From Nemertoderma westbladi (Eukaryota; Animalia; Xenacoelomorpha): a stretch of DNA of 64,000 nt. Of this stretch, positions 11,591-24,453 are shown in pieces. The notes beneath the pieces were generated by a model. The model had not been told where the DNA came from and ran no database searches. It was given only the letters and a program-made list of their open reading frames with translations. Where the stretch lies: NCBI GenBank assembly GCA_032718475.1, contig JAUCBJ010003511.1, positions 12,910 through 76,909 on the forward strand. The letters run 5' to 3'. A program made the position numbers and the translations under genes. Within the stretch, counting starts at the first letter, position 1, and the number at the start of each line of letters is the position of its first letter.

Positions 11591-14500
11591 GAGGGCAACG
11601 ACCGTAAATATGATACTCCGAGCGGAATTCCCATAAAGAAGCATAGGGAGGAGTATGCGTGGGGACCCTCTTCTTCTACTACTTATTTGAGCATATTTTA
11701 AATGTTTGCCTGATATTCAATTGATGTGTACCGCCTTCTGGCAAAGCGGCACCCAGTTTAAACTATCAATCACAGCTAGTGAGTAGCGACCCACAGACGG
11801 CGACCTTCAAACAAACAGGTGCAGAGCCGGAAATAACTGTCGTGTTGCTGTTTGCTTGGCTTGTGGTCCCATTTGATAAATTAATAGATTTGGGCAGACT
11901 AGGCGGTCGCTCTGACCATATACACTGCGCATCTACAATGCCTAAAACATCTATGGGAACAGCCAATTAGTGAGCTCGACACTTGATAATGAGGAATTTT
12001 TAAAAATACCACTTCCTCAGATATAAAATTACAATAAATTTCGACCTGAATGTAAAAACATAGTATTTATCACGCGGGTGATTGAACCGACTGAACCAGT
12101 TACAACGCAGTTATTACTCATCCTTAAAGTGATTCGTTGGTGGCGAAGGAAAGATAACCATACGGATTCCAAATATATAATTTTAAAATTTTAATTTGGT
12201 TAGGAAATAGCTGAGTTATGGGCATTCGAATGTTGCATGTATTTGTTTCCGCTGCAGACAATTTATTATATTTAATTAATACGCGATATTCTAGAACATT
12301 TTCTTTATATATGAATAGCTGCGTGTACTAACAGTATTTTTATTATATTTGCAATCTACTTATGAGCTACATACTGTTCCCATAACTATAGAATACATCG
12401 ACTCCAGCGGAAAGCCAATATCTCAGATATTCCTTTTGATAAATTCTGAATTTATTACAAACTGTATTTACTTTCTCTGCAATGTCATCTTCCCATCGTT
12501 ACCAACGAACCTCTTTATAAAGGTTAAAATTTCAACAGAGATACCTATTTAAAGCGCTTGTATGTAATGATTGAAAGCGAAAACACAAATTCTGACTCCC
12601 CCACTAAAGAGGGGGAGGTGGAACGATCTTGAGAGACAGGGAGGAGGTAACTTGAAGCACGTCGCACATCTCCATATTAGCGAGTTAATATCTTGACACG
12701 AAAATTATCAATTAATTTATTTAATTAATTTATTAACCTAAACAAACTACGAAATTTATGGATATTGAAATACACCTTACGTAGCGGCCGTTCACAAATG
12801 ATGTAACGATATTTTTGACGATATTCGACACCAATCTGTCACCAATTTTATAACCCTTTTATATTTTATAAAGTCACGTCACAAAAATAACCTGTATGTA
12901 TAGTTAATAAAAAATGTCAAATTTGAAATTTAAAGCTACTGTAGTTCTGGTACCGGTATTTACTACTACTACTACTACAGTACTACTACTACTAGGTCGA
13001 GCGAACTCGGACAGTGGAAATGAGATCCTTCTAGGATTCCCGATTCTCTATAGTTGTCGCAATTTCGTTTCTCCCAAGTTCAGTATCCCTTTCAAGTTGA
13101 TCTATTTATGTTATGGCCGGTCGATATATAGTAATATATTTATAATATATTATAATTAATAATATATTAATCATATCGGTAATATAATAATCAATAGTCT
13201 TTCAGAAATTCATAAATATATTTTTTAGAAAACATTACTTACTTAACTAAATATAGAATAATAACTGGCACACAATTCAATTAAATCACATCAATTCAAC
13301 AGAATTTATACAAATAAATATTAAAAAGTAATGAATAGGGTTAGTTCACAATGATGATGCTGCAATAATTATTAGCTGAACATCTGACTTGGTTTCCTGT
13401 CACCGTTCCATATCTGTGTTACATATGAATGTAAGTATAGGAACGAACCCCCTGTGTATCCAATACAGAACCCCGAGGTTTACCTAGTCTGTAACCAATC
13501 CACTGATCGCTGTAATTAATTAACGCTAAATATATCCCTTATTATAAGGATATAAAAAGCTGAACTGGTGTTTTTGAGTGCAGAATGGAGTGCAATTGTC
13601 CAAACAGAGTTGATAGTTTAGTAACACGGACGGACGTACAATGACATAGGGTTGTCGGGTAACTTTAGGGAAACCACAACCAGCCAGTGGGACCGAGATA
13701 ATTAGAATATATTAGATAAACATATAACATTATAGTAGTTCTGAATGGGAACCAACTCCATTAATATATTGTAAACCAATATATTATTGGTTAAATAATA
13801 TAACCAATGGGAACATCTGAGTAATAATTAAAACTTTATATTAGTGGATTGTCCAGGTTTGTGTCTACCAAAGGGACGTAGCAGATACACAGGTATTACT
13901 CGAATACTCACAATACAGATAATATGAGATCAATTCGACAAAAAAACGAATTAAAATGGAAACCAATTGAGGGAAATTTATATCATTTATATGTATTTAC
14001 ATCTGATATAAATTAATTATTTTAGATCTAATTTTAGCGAAAATTGCGAGCTCTCCCTATGCAGAATATTAATTAAATCGTTGTTATTATTTATAATATA
14101 AATAAAGTTAGAAAATTCCCATAGTATAAATTATTACATAAACCTATTTATAATACTGGCCCTCAACATCAATACTATTAAATATTTTCGGTAACTGAAT
14201 ATAATATTCTGTAAGATACGGGATTGAACTGGTGTTATTCAATCAATTGATCTGATCTTCTTTTGAATACTTAGTATAGTTTGAGTTTAGAACATCGGAA
14301 CTACTGTCTGTCTGTAGGGTTGCGATTACTTTATTGGGATGTTATTTGTTAATTTGTTGATTTGTTATAATTAAGTTTTTCTTCTCTGATATTCCAATAT
14401 TACATATATAATATTCTGCTTCTGTTTTCTTATAATCCAAATGGGTTCGCGATTATTCTGTAAATATAGAAATTAAATAGGTCTGGATATAAATTTTGTA

Positions 14501-15211
14501 TATTATTAAAACGTTTCTTTTCTGTTATTTTTTTTATACTGTATAATATTTAATTTATTTCGAATATGCACCAAACAATACCCACCACCAACAGACGACA
14601 TGTATTAATTGACGAAGTAGAAAAGGGTAGGAAATTTAAAACTAGCACTAAGATAGTGTTAAAAGGCGGGAAATTTAAAACGATTTCAACATTGAAACTA
14701 TTTCAATGCAACTAAATAGTAGGCCTACAGTAATAATTTTAAGGAGCATTTCTAACATTCTAAACGGAAAAATTTCTTCCTGTCTGAAAACCAAAATTAA
14801 TTCAAGAGGCCTTTGTGACTCAATGTAACTCACCTTAATATATCGAAGAATCAACTGCTTAAATAATTTGGATTGTTGGTCTAGTTGGAATATAGGATAT
14901 GTTGCCGACATCTCAATGTAAAATAATAATGTGTCAGAGTTGAACTGAAGTTGTTGATTTAGAATTCAAGAGGTGATACTTGTCTGGAAAATAGCAAAAC
15001 GGAAAAATAATATTATGATTTCATATTAAAAATCCTTCCCAGCCCAGAGTAAAACTTTGAATTTTTTGCTTCAGCAACATATATTTAAATTCGTTGTTTG
15101 CACGAGTTAGTTAGTCGTTCGTACGAGATAGTAATTCATTCGTATGAGATTGTAAAAAGTACTTTTTCATGTCTCTTTAGGGGTTCCGTAAAAATAGATA
15201 AGCTTATCTAA

Positions 15212-15302
15212 ACAATGAATTTGGAGAGTTCAATGAATTTGGAGAGTTCAATGAATTTGGAGAGTTCAATGAATTTGGAGAGTTCAATGAATTTGACGAG
15301 TT
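15212..15302. repeat. 18-bp tandem repeat (CAATGAATTTGGAGAGTT) x ~5
   Basis: Direct reading. Confidence 0.9.
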
Positions 15303-16149
15303 CGTTTATTCTATCATGACCTACTATAGATACAGTACGAGAGTACGACCCGCCAAGCTGCTGCAAAGCCCCAAAATTTATTGGGCCAGTTATTTCCCTT
15401 AGATAGAACCCCTGAAACAATATGTCTGGCGCGTCGAATGTACTTGTCCCTAACTAAAATTATGTCCTCTTTCAGATGAGACAAATAAAAATCTCCAGTA
15501 GTTTGCGAGATATGAGGAGTTCCTGACATCCATACCATATCAACCCATACTATCATTTTTTTGCTTTGTTGAATTTATTATTAGTAATCGAAAGCAAGAT
15601 TAGAAGCACAATTTTCATTTTTTTATCAATAGGTACTAAAAGAGCACCAAAAGTGCAAAAGCACTTTTTCAAAAGTGGTAAATTGGCCATACAGTTTGGC
15701 TACTGAGGATTTAGAATGTGCTGATTAAATCGGGAAGGTTTATTCCTCTACCTACATCAAACATATTGAAGAGTTGTGTAATATAACAACATAGGCATGT
15801 TGTTATATTAGTTATTAGTCAGTTATTTGTGCTCCTGGAGCACGAAAAAAACAAGTAGTTGGGATGCTGATCACGAATATGACACTGACAAATATCCTAC
15901 CTTGTTGATTACGGCTTTTTTGGATACGTGTCAATGTACGGTACGATTAATACAAGTAGCACAAATTTGATAATCAAAAATCATTACCGAATCAACCTGA
16001 TTGTATGCCATTATGGGTTTTTTGGGTTGCTGATCACGAATATATGACACACATAAATTTCGTTTTATCCAACCAAATTTGATGGACACAAATGAGAGAG
16101 ATAAGGGGGATGATAATATTGATGATGATAATATTGACAGTGTGATAGT

Positions 16150-16536
16150 ATGCATGAAGATATTAATAATGGATTAGAAAACCAACCCTTACGAGACGAA
16201 TTGGGACAGGATGTGTGTCATACACCCCCAGTGCCAGGCCAAATACAACAACCTCCTCAATCCCAAGGAAAAGGCTGGTGTGATATTGACTCGAGGAATA
16301 TTATCGTAGGGACACGGAAGAGGAAGAAATAATAAAGACTGATATAACGGATTTATTATTAGAATAATCCTTTGTTTAAACGAGAAGAGTGATGTAATGT
16401 TGGGACGGAATTACAGAACTGCAGAACTATAGATACTGAGTAAGACACTGTACATACATAGGTCTTGACTGACTAATATATAGGTGATGGGCTGGAGCCT
16501 TCTTTATTATATTATTGAACTAAGAAAGAGAATACA
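16150..16536 (+). mobile_element. 3' end of an LTR retrotransposon (Gypsy-like): pol tail, PPT and short LTR
   Basis: The ORF ends DIDSRNIIVGTRKRKK. Purine tract AAACGAGAAGAG at ~16378-16389 is followed by TGTAAT (16393), with ...AAGAGAATACA (16536) closing a ~144-bp TG..CA LTR. Confidence 0.6.
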
Positions 16537-17881
16537 TTTTAGTAAAGTGCGGGACGCGTATGAAAGTGAAATTCCCAACTGTCAAATTCTTTGCTAAAGT
16601 TCAGCGAATTGAGTAAAGTTAGTGGGAAAACTTTTGTTCCGTGATGTTCCTAGATATGTAGGGAAAATAAATTAGCCTTTAGTAAGCTGGTAGGTAACTT
16701 CAATGAAACAGGGGAGTAGTTTAAGTGCAGCAAAGTCATGTAAAGTGTGGGACATTTCATTGTAAAGTGCGGGACACGTGCGATTTTATCATTTATAAAC
16801 ACATTAAATCGTTAATTATTACGTACGTATATGTTACGTACTGTTACTGTTACGTACATATATTTTTTGAACCCTAATGTACCTTATGGTACAGTATAAA
16901 TACGCTCATTTACTACATATTTTGCGTCTAAGCAACATATTTGATAACCCTACGTTGGGTGAGTCGGCAAGTATATTAATAATATATGAAATATTTAATA
17001 TGAAATTTGTGCGGATATTATACTTCCTGGTTCAGTTATTTACTGTATATTGCTATGTATTTTTATGTATTGTAAATATTTCTATTAGAAATTAGTTTAA
17101 AGGTTTCAGTTTAAGTTCTTAAACATATTATATATAAAAATTCGTAGGAGATATTTAATTTATTTTATTTTGTGTTGCTCCTCAATGAGTGTAAAGAATG
17201 CTTCATTTTACATACTGTATATTTTCATTTATTTTGGTGCCAATACTAATTAAATGTCGGAATCGTTTTTGGAAATCTTTAGGGATATAATACGTAGGTT
17301 ATATGTCACATTTGTAACTAGGGTGCGGCTTAACTACGCACAGATTGTAGGCCCTATTGTGTATTTTGTACAGTATAAATACGCTCATTTACTATAGCCC
17401 CCACGAACATGTTGGGTATAACCAGCCATCATAAGTATATTTCTTTAGTTTAGGATTACACATTATAGAACTGATAATGAAATAATACATACTGTATAGG
17501 TGTTTGGGTCTTTTTCCCTGGGGTGTCATTATTAAAGGTGCATGTTTGTTTAATGTTGTTTAGTTGCTACTATTGTTTTGAATAGATCTGGTTAGGCAAT
17601 TTGCTGTCACGTATATGTAATATAAAGAAGGATAGGCCCTAAAAACTACGAACTACGCGTAGTTACAAGGGAGGGGATATTGGGCAGCACCCCACCCCGG
17701 GGTCCTGTACCGGTCCGGTACCTAGACCAGTACTACATGACCGCTGTGGTGTAGTGGGTTGCGGTTTTTTGTAGTTACTTCAGTACTTACCTAGGCCTAT
17801 TTTTGTATTTTTTTATTGTAACATGTAAGTAAATATAAGCAACTGTATGTAGTCGGTGTGGTTTCTGTCCGTTTTGTTTGA

Positions 17882-17929
17882 TTTATATCCTGAAGATGGC
17901 CCTAGTGGCAGAAATTAATTGATAATAAA
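17882..17929 (+). ncRNA. Minimal type I hammerhead ribozyme-like motif in Penelope pLTR
   Basis: TTTATATC-CTGAAGA-TGGCCCTAGTGGCA-GAAA-TTAA-TT-GATAATAAA: core CUGANGA/GAAA/UH, palindromic stem III and imperfect stems I and II, ~80 bp upstream of the PLE ATG. Confidence 0.6.
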
Positions 17930-18007
17930 GAACCAGTTTTGTTTTCTCATTTAGTCACCAGGGCTGTTAATAACTCCAAAAAGAAATCCTATATTTCCTA
18001 TATTACA

Positions 18008-19732
18008 ATGAATGCCCTAAAATCGGCTTGCCGCGGACTGAATGTTTTCAACATACCTACCGGAGTGCGATGCGGCATCCGTAATTTATTCGTAGTCAAA
18101 CAGAAGACGGTCTGACGGTTAGGATCCCACTCCAAATTCAGTACATGAAGCAATGTAAAACTCTGTCTGTAGTACCGGCCTACCTTAGGGCAGCTTATCT
18201 CAGAGGTAGTAAGAGCTATGCTGATTTAGTTTTGAACTTCATTAAGAAAATTTTGTCTAGGGATATAAATAACTACTATAAACGGGAACGGGATATGTAC
18301 AGAGTGTGGGGTTATGAGTACAACTACTTTACGCAGTGGATACAGAGTAATATCTGGAACGGAACGCCGGGAGCTGACTGGGAAACCTTATTCCAATACG
18401 TGTTACGAGGGTTGGCCCGAATTGGGAAAGCAGATAAGATGGAGCGGGGTCGCATATTGGGTCGCAAGATGGAGGATAGTACGGAGTGGAGCAGAAGACA
18501 AAGGGACGAACGTGAAATACCAAGGTGGGCAGTATGGGAGCGGGTGGTGTTTAGACCGTTGGTTAAACGCACAGCGCGGGGGGCCCGGAAGGGGGGGGGG
18601 GGGGGGGGGAGTCTACTAGTGGGAAAGCGGGTCTGGTAAATAACGTAGTGAACTTATCCTCTGTGGATATCACTGAGGAACAGAGGGAAATTTTAAGTTT
18701 GGGATTCGGTTACGTCCCGGTAAGGGAAAGGGGTTTAACGGATTTAATCGATGCGCACACCAGTGTATCTAAATTGGGATCCAAGTTAAGAAACGTTGTG
18801 CGTAGATGGGAGCATTTAGAAGATACGATACCGGTACAGGGAGGGGAGGCACGTATATTGACGGAACGGGGGCCGGAACAACAGGAAGTGTCCTTCATTG
18901 CTATGCCGGAGAATGTGGGTTACGTTGTTCAACCAAGGAGGAGGGATAGAGATCGAGGGAGTGGGAGCGCATATATATGCGGTACCCGCGTTAGTACTTT
19001 CCGGGGAAGGGACTTGTGTGAACCGAGAAGATTATTCGTCGACCAGGGAGCGCATCATACGGAGGACGAGGGGGAGGGGGGGAGGATGGATCAGTCGACA
19101 TCCTCTCATCAACACCAAATCAACCCAGTATGGTAATGAATATAACAAACATAGGAACGGGAAATGGGAATATAGGGGATATTTCGCCTGTATCGAGCAG
19201 ATATCAACATGGAGGGAGGTTAAACTCCAACATGGGTGTAGGGATACACGGGAAGCTCCGGTATAAGCAATTAGCCATTCCATATAAACAAAGATTTGTA
19301 GTACCTAGAGGGGATAGTGTAGTCGTAGAAGAATTCATCAACGATCTATACAAAGCAGTGGAATGTTCATCACAAAAAAAGGAAACAAAGTGGTTGGAAC
19401 CAAACCTTAGCGCAAACCAACTTAGGGAAATCCGTGGTTTAAAGAAGAATGGAGACATATCAATCGTCCGCGGGGATAAAACCAGGAACGTCATTATCGT
19501 GGATACTCGCGTGAAGGAAGCGGAGCTAGAGAGAATTTTAGCTGACAAATCAACTTATCGCAAACTGGAGTACGACCCAACGAGTAGATTTCGTGCCAAC
19601 CTAATTAGGACTATTAAAGATATGAATATCAAAGATGAATCGTTGAAACGGTATTTGGTACCCAGACATCCGTCTGAGGGATATATGTACCCCATCTTCA
19701 AGGATTATAAAATTATAATTACCGAATTATAA
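18008..19732 (+). mobile_element. Penelope-like element ORF, N-terminal part, frameshifted, truncated before the RT core
   Basis: PLE motifs: MKQCKTLSVVP, NLSSVDITEEQREILSLGFGYVP, PNLSANQLREIRGLKKNGDISIVRGDKTRNVIIVD, YRKLEYDPT, YMYPIFKDYK. Confidence 0.85.
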
Positions 19733-20682
19733 TACCATGGTTTATTTGTTGTAAGTATTTAATATTCATTACGTTATTAGTTCTCATTGTAGTGATGAAA
19801 TGTAGATGAAATGTACTGTATGGAAGTTGTACATATTCCAATATTGATTATTATCAATATTTGTGAAGTTTCAACCAATATGAAAAGTTATAAATTCAAT
19901 CATGGAAATTAAAAGTAATTTTTATATGCTATTCTGTAAGTGTATTGTATTTTGCAGTATTTAACTTAATCGATGGATTTTTTTTTAAATCGAAGTTTTT
20001 GAATTGAAGTTTACAAATGTTAGAACTGCAGTGATATTTTTTGATATAATAATCTTTAATAAATTTATGTAGCGTAGGTGTGTTGGCTTTTGCTAATCAA
20101 TTTATCGAAATATGTTTTGCTCTAACGCAGCAGTTTTTTCTTTTGTGAGGCTTAATTTTATTTCAAATTATTTTGTTTTATTTTCGATGAGATACCTTAA
20201 TAATACGCATCATATCTTGATAGTTTTTTTTATAAATAGAAGTTTCTTTTTTTGGAAAACTCTTAATTTGAAAATTTTTAAATTTGCATACGTGTGTTTC
20301 TAAGTTATTTTTGTAAGTTATATTTTTTTAATTTGAAATTTTTAAATTTGCATACGTGTGTTTCTAAGTTATTTTCGTAAGTTATATTTTTTTATTTATC
20401 ATATCTTGTCTAATATTTGTGGAATTTCTTATATGGTCATATACTTTTGAAAAATATATATTTTATTTTAAATAAATTTTTTTCAGAGATTTGATATCAT
20501 CCATGATGTTCATCGTGATTAATCATGGAAATGACCAGAGTGAAACTTCTTCCAACCTAATGCGGGCGTAGGAAGTTTAATCCGTCTATATGAGCCTGCA
20601 TATAGAAGCGATACGTCTCACAACTTACAAATACTAGTCGTCGTTATGAAGCCTGTTCGGATTCTTATAACACTGGAACACT

Positions 20683-20918
20683 GGAAACTATAATTGTGTT
20701 TGGTGTGGTAGTCAGTGGGCGTTATAGAGATGTTGGAACTCAATAATTGTGTTTGGTGTGGTACTCAGTGGGCATTATAGAGATGTTGGAACCTTATAAT
20801 TTTTTTTTTGTGTGGTACTCAGTGGGTGTTATAGAGATGTTGGAACTCTATAATTGTGTTTGGTGTGGTACTCAGTGGGCGTTATAGAGATGTTGGAACT
20901 AAATAATTGTGTTTGGTT
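20683..20918. repeat. ~53-56-bp tandem repeat x ~4
   Basis: GGAACTCTATAATTGTGTTTGGTGTGGTACTCAGTGGGCGTTATAGAGATGTT repeated. Confidence 0.9.
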
Positions 20919-21255
20919 TGTGATGCTCATAGAATAGATCATTTCTGCTCATTATGCTCATTTCATAGAAATGTGCCATTTTCTGTTTTTATAGGTTTTC
21001 AAAGGTGGTGATTAGATTACAAATTGTTTAGAATTATCTGGTGGCATATAGGTGCCACTTTTTAGCATGTGGCACATGGCATATCTGTTTAGCATGGCAC
21101 AAATTATCACACACAAATTTTCAAAGCTTTTGATGCGATTATTTTGACATGTTCCATAAAAGTGGTACAATTTCCTGCAAACTTAGTAAGCTAAAGTATT
21201 TTTTCAGCATTAAGCTCTGCCACGACGTCAACGTGTTACAGGGAGACAGAGTTTG

Positions 21256-21503
21256 ACTTTTTGTTTGACCTAAGGCTGGAAGCCAAAAACCAGAATGTTG
21301 GAGTCTTATTGGATCCCAAGCCAAGTGCATACTATATGTGCTATTGGCTTTTTGTTTGACCTAATGCTGGAAGCCCAAAACCAGAATGTTGGAGTCTTAT
21401 TGGATCCCAAGCCAAGTGCTTACTATATGTGCTATTGGCTTTTTGTTTCACCTATTGCTGGAAGCCTAAAACCAGAATGTTGGATTCTTACGGGATCCCA
21501 AGC
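21256..21503. repeat. ~92-bp tandem repeat x ~2.7, immediately 3' of the Transib stop codon
   Basis: CTTTTTGTTTGACCTAA..GCTGGAAGCC.AAAACCAGAATGTTGGAGTCTTATTGGATCCCAAGC repeated. Confidence 0.85.
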
Positions 21504-21521
21504 TTATCAGTATACTAAATT

Positions 21522-23250
21522 TTAAAATATTTTGTCAACATCAAATGGTTTCAGAAGATGTAACACATCTTCAGGAATTGCAGTCCTTTTGATGTTGTTG
21601 GTAACGTTACGTAGTGATGAGATATATGGGTCTGATGAACAAAGCAATCGGTTCATCAGATCACGGTTCGTATCAACCCTTGAAGATTTCCGTGAGAAAC
21701 CCTCTCTGAACCTCTTGAAATCTTTGTTTCGAGCTTCCTGTGCCTCTTCACTATACATGCCTATTGGCAAGGACAAAGATTTAATTGCAAGGTGTCCATG
21801 GATTAGGACCTTATGCATTGATTGTGGCATGTAGTACCATGGAAAAAGGGTTACATAACGTCTAGCTGTTTCAAGGGCATATTCTTGAAATTTGTCAGCA
21901 TCAACATCGAATCCACAACAAAGAGAAATTAGGATGATGTGCAGTCGATCTAGGAATGATTTGTCGATGCCAAGTATTCTGGCAGAGACCTCAGCATTTT
22001 GGAATACCCTTCTTGCTGTATTTCCATCATTGGAAGTACCAGAGCCACCAGATTTGGGTTGATCTATGATTAACCCAAGTTTAGTATGAAACTGGTCTTG
22101 GATCAGTGCTTTCTCCGTTTTCATAGTCTGCTTTGCAGTTTTACCCCTAACAGACCATACTTTAAGTGTTCTTCTGTAGGCTATATGCAGCAAGCATTCC
22201 AGAAAACGGATCCACTGATGAAGTGTGGAAAGACCATGGTGGTACATGGAGTTCTTTTCTGTGACTTTTCTCTTCAACAGAAGGTCAATTTCATTCATAA
22301 GTGAAGGTGTGGCGCCACACAAAGAACAACTTTGGCTGCTGTCAGTCATATCAGACAGCGCGGTGTGTACCTTGCCATCTATCATTGTTACATCAATGAT
22401 GTGCATTACTGAGAGCTTAGACAGAGAGGTATCAGCAGGGATGACTTCACTACAGCTTGATTTTACATCAGCTATCTCTTTAAATAGCCTCTCTTGCTCA
22501 TCGGTGATTCGCTGAGTTGTTTCTTTGGTATACTCGAAGCGAACTGGTCTACAATATAAGGTAGACGAAGGATGGTGGTTTCACCATACAACCTTATGAT
22601 GTAGGCTGCATTCTGTAAAAGCTCGGAGTTCCAGTGGAACCAAGCATGTAATAAATATGGATGAGTCATCAGCAAAGTTTGCTCCAGAACTTGGAAGCTG
22701 TTTGTATGAGGACTGTCCAGTGCTCCCATCAAAACCCACCTTGCTTCGCAACACCATTCGGCAAATATCGCCCGTATTAGTGATGATTGAGTGAATTACT
22801 TCACTACTAGTGTCACAAATACGTTTGGTGGTATGGTCAAGCAGGTTTTGCAATGGGACAGATGCCTGATAATCCTGGGAAATTATTCCTAGTGGGTAAC
22901 ACCTATTTTTGGCTTCCTGGACGTGATTGTATGCTGGGTAGATGTTGACACCCTTAGAACATGCTTTGTTTCTGATTATCTGGTATATTGATTTACTTAA
23001 TTTTCCATCGAGCATTAGTGCAAGAGCTTCATCATCAGAATATACTACAGATGATTCGGGCTCGGTAGAAACATGCTTGATTATTTCAGATGTACGTTTT
23101 CTACCTTCAGCTTTCAAGGAAGCTGCAGTTGCTGCGACAAGAGCAGGAGTTTTAAATTCCGATGTTATTTCCTGTACTCGTCTGCGTTTCGTACGATTTT
23201 TAAATTTGAAAGAGCATCAAATTGAGTAATTGGGGATTTTCCCTCTAGGT
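21522..23250 (-). pseudogene. Transib transposase (RAG1-core homologue), frameshifted
   Basis: KVGFDGSTGQSSYKQ (first D), TMIDGK (second D), CSLCGATP, GLSTLHQWIRFLECLLH, GSGTSNDGNTARR, PWYYMPQSMHKVLIHG, SEEAQEARNK (E), SSDPYIS. Frameshift near 22580. Confidence 0.95.
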
Positions 23251-24453
23251 TGGACCTGATATAATTATGTAGATCAATACGCAACATTTTGTTTGTACTA
23301 TTTTACTTAATATTTAAATATTATATTTGTGATAAGATGTATTTATAGATTCTCATAAACTTTTAAAAAATGTGCTGTAATTTTAATTTATAGAGTAAGA
23401 AGTGATAGCAGAGCCAGAAGTGATTGCAAAGCAAGTTAACTCAAGATTATATAAGTCAATACTTGTATTTATTATACTAATTTAAGTCACATTGTGCAGT
23501 ACATTGCATTATTCAAGTGACTGTCTGACTATGAGATATAATTATCCAACATGACAAAGAAGTATTATACTTTCCATGCTGCTGCTTATATAAGACGATA
23601 CCGGTATTTTATATACTAATTTAAAACACACTGTGCTGTGCAGTACATCGCATTATTCCAGTATCCAGTAGTGACTGTCTGACTGTGAGGTATAATTCTC
23701 CAACATGACAATGAATCATTATACTTTCCATGCTGCTCCTTTATAGTGGAATTGGCAGTACAACCTACGCAATTAGCCAATCACAAAGCTCATGCAATAA
23801 CAACCTCAATATTACAGAGCCATTGAGATTGGCTAAATGAAACCAGATAAGAATAGTGAGTAGAGTAGATGATGGTGTCATGGCACTCAGAGAACCTGCA
23901 AACAGCCTAAAAGTCAAAATATCGTAAAATTCTGCTGGTCAACTTTTTTAATTTCTCATAAAAGTAGCAGATGGTAGCAGCTAATTTTTGATGTTTTTCA
24001 ACCATGAATGATCGAGTAACAAAATCTGATACAAATTTTTGCGGAGCTCAGCGGAGCTTTTTTTCCCTGGCTTCCTAAAATTTAAAATTATCACATTTTG
24101 TAAATATTTTAGAACATTTTACAATATAAATTTTAAACTATTGCCCCTACCAACTCAACATTTTTGGAATCTACTGGAAGAGTAGAACATTTTGAAAAAA
24201 AAAAATTTTCAATTTGAATAAAATGTTTTGATTTTATTGGAAAAATATTTATTTTGTGTATAAAATGTGAAAATTGTGCAAAAAATTCTAGAATTTTGAA
24301 ATTTTTGCCAAAATCAGAAAATTTTGAAATAAAAAAATTTTTTTTTTGCTTTTTTTTTAGTCAATATATATATCACCTTTAACTTGGGATGCCAAAAAAA
24401 AAAATTTGAAAACATTATTTTTTTTGAGTTTTGACCACCTCTGGCCCACTGTG
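21522..24453 (-). mobile_element. Transib DNA transposon; 5' terminus at 24453, 3' TIR not found
   Basis: The minus strand from 24453 reads CACAGTGGGCCAGAGGTGGTCAAAACTC, a typical Transib CACAGTG terminus, upstream of the transposase. Confidence 0.85.

Noticed and set aside
10904-11644. Long CYAML/CNAMQ ORFs
   Set aside because: Translations of a pentanucleotide microsatellite.
15300-15556. Coding-like minus-strand fragment
   Set aside because: Frameshifted, short, and no motif I can assign.
17740-17772. tRNA/SINE head (TGTGGTGTAGTGG)
   Set aside because: A-box-like only; no B box follows.
19740-21500. RAG2-like gene convergent with the Transib transposase (ProtoRAG layout)
   Set aside because: No kelch or PHD-like coding sequence is visible; only AT-rich DNA and tandem repeats.
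21532-21834. Antisense ORFs over TE coding regions (also 38564-38890, 52506-53063)
   Set aside because: Shadow frames of transposase or RT genes.
24406-24453. Start of the 722-aa ORF
   Set aside because: Its first codons lie inside the Transib terminus and its end reads into the RTE insert, so the ORF boundaries are chimeric.
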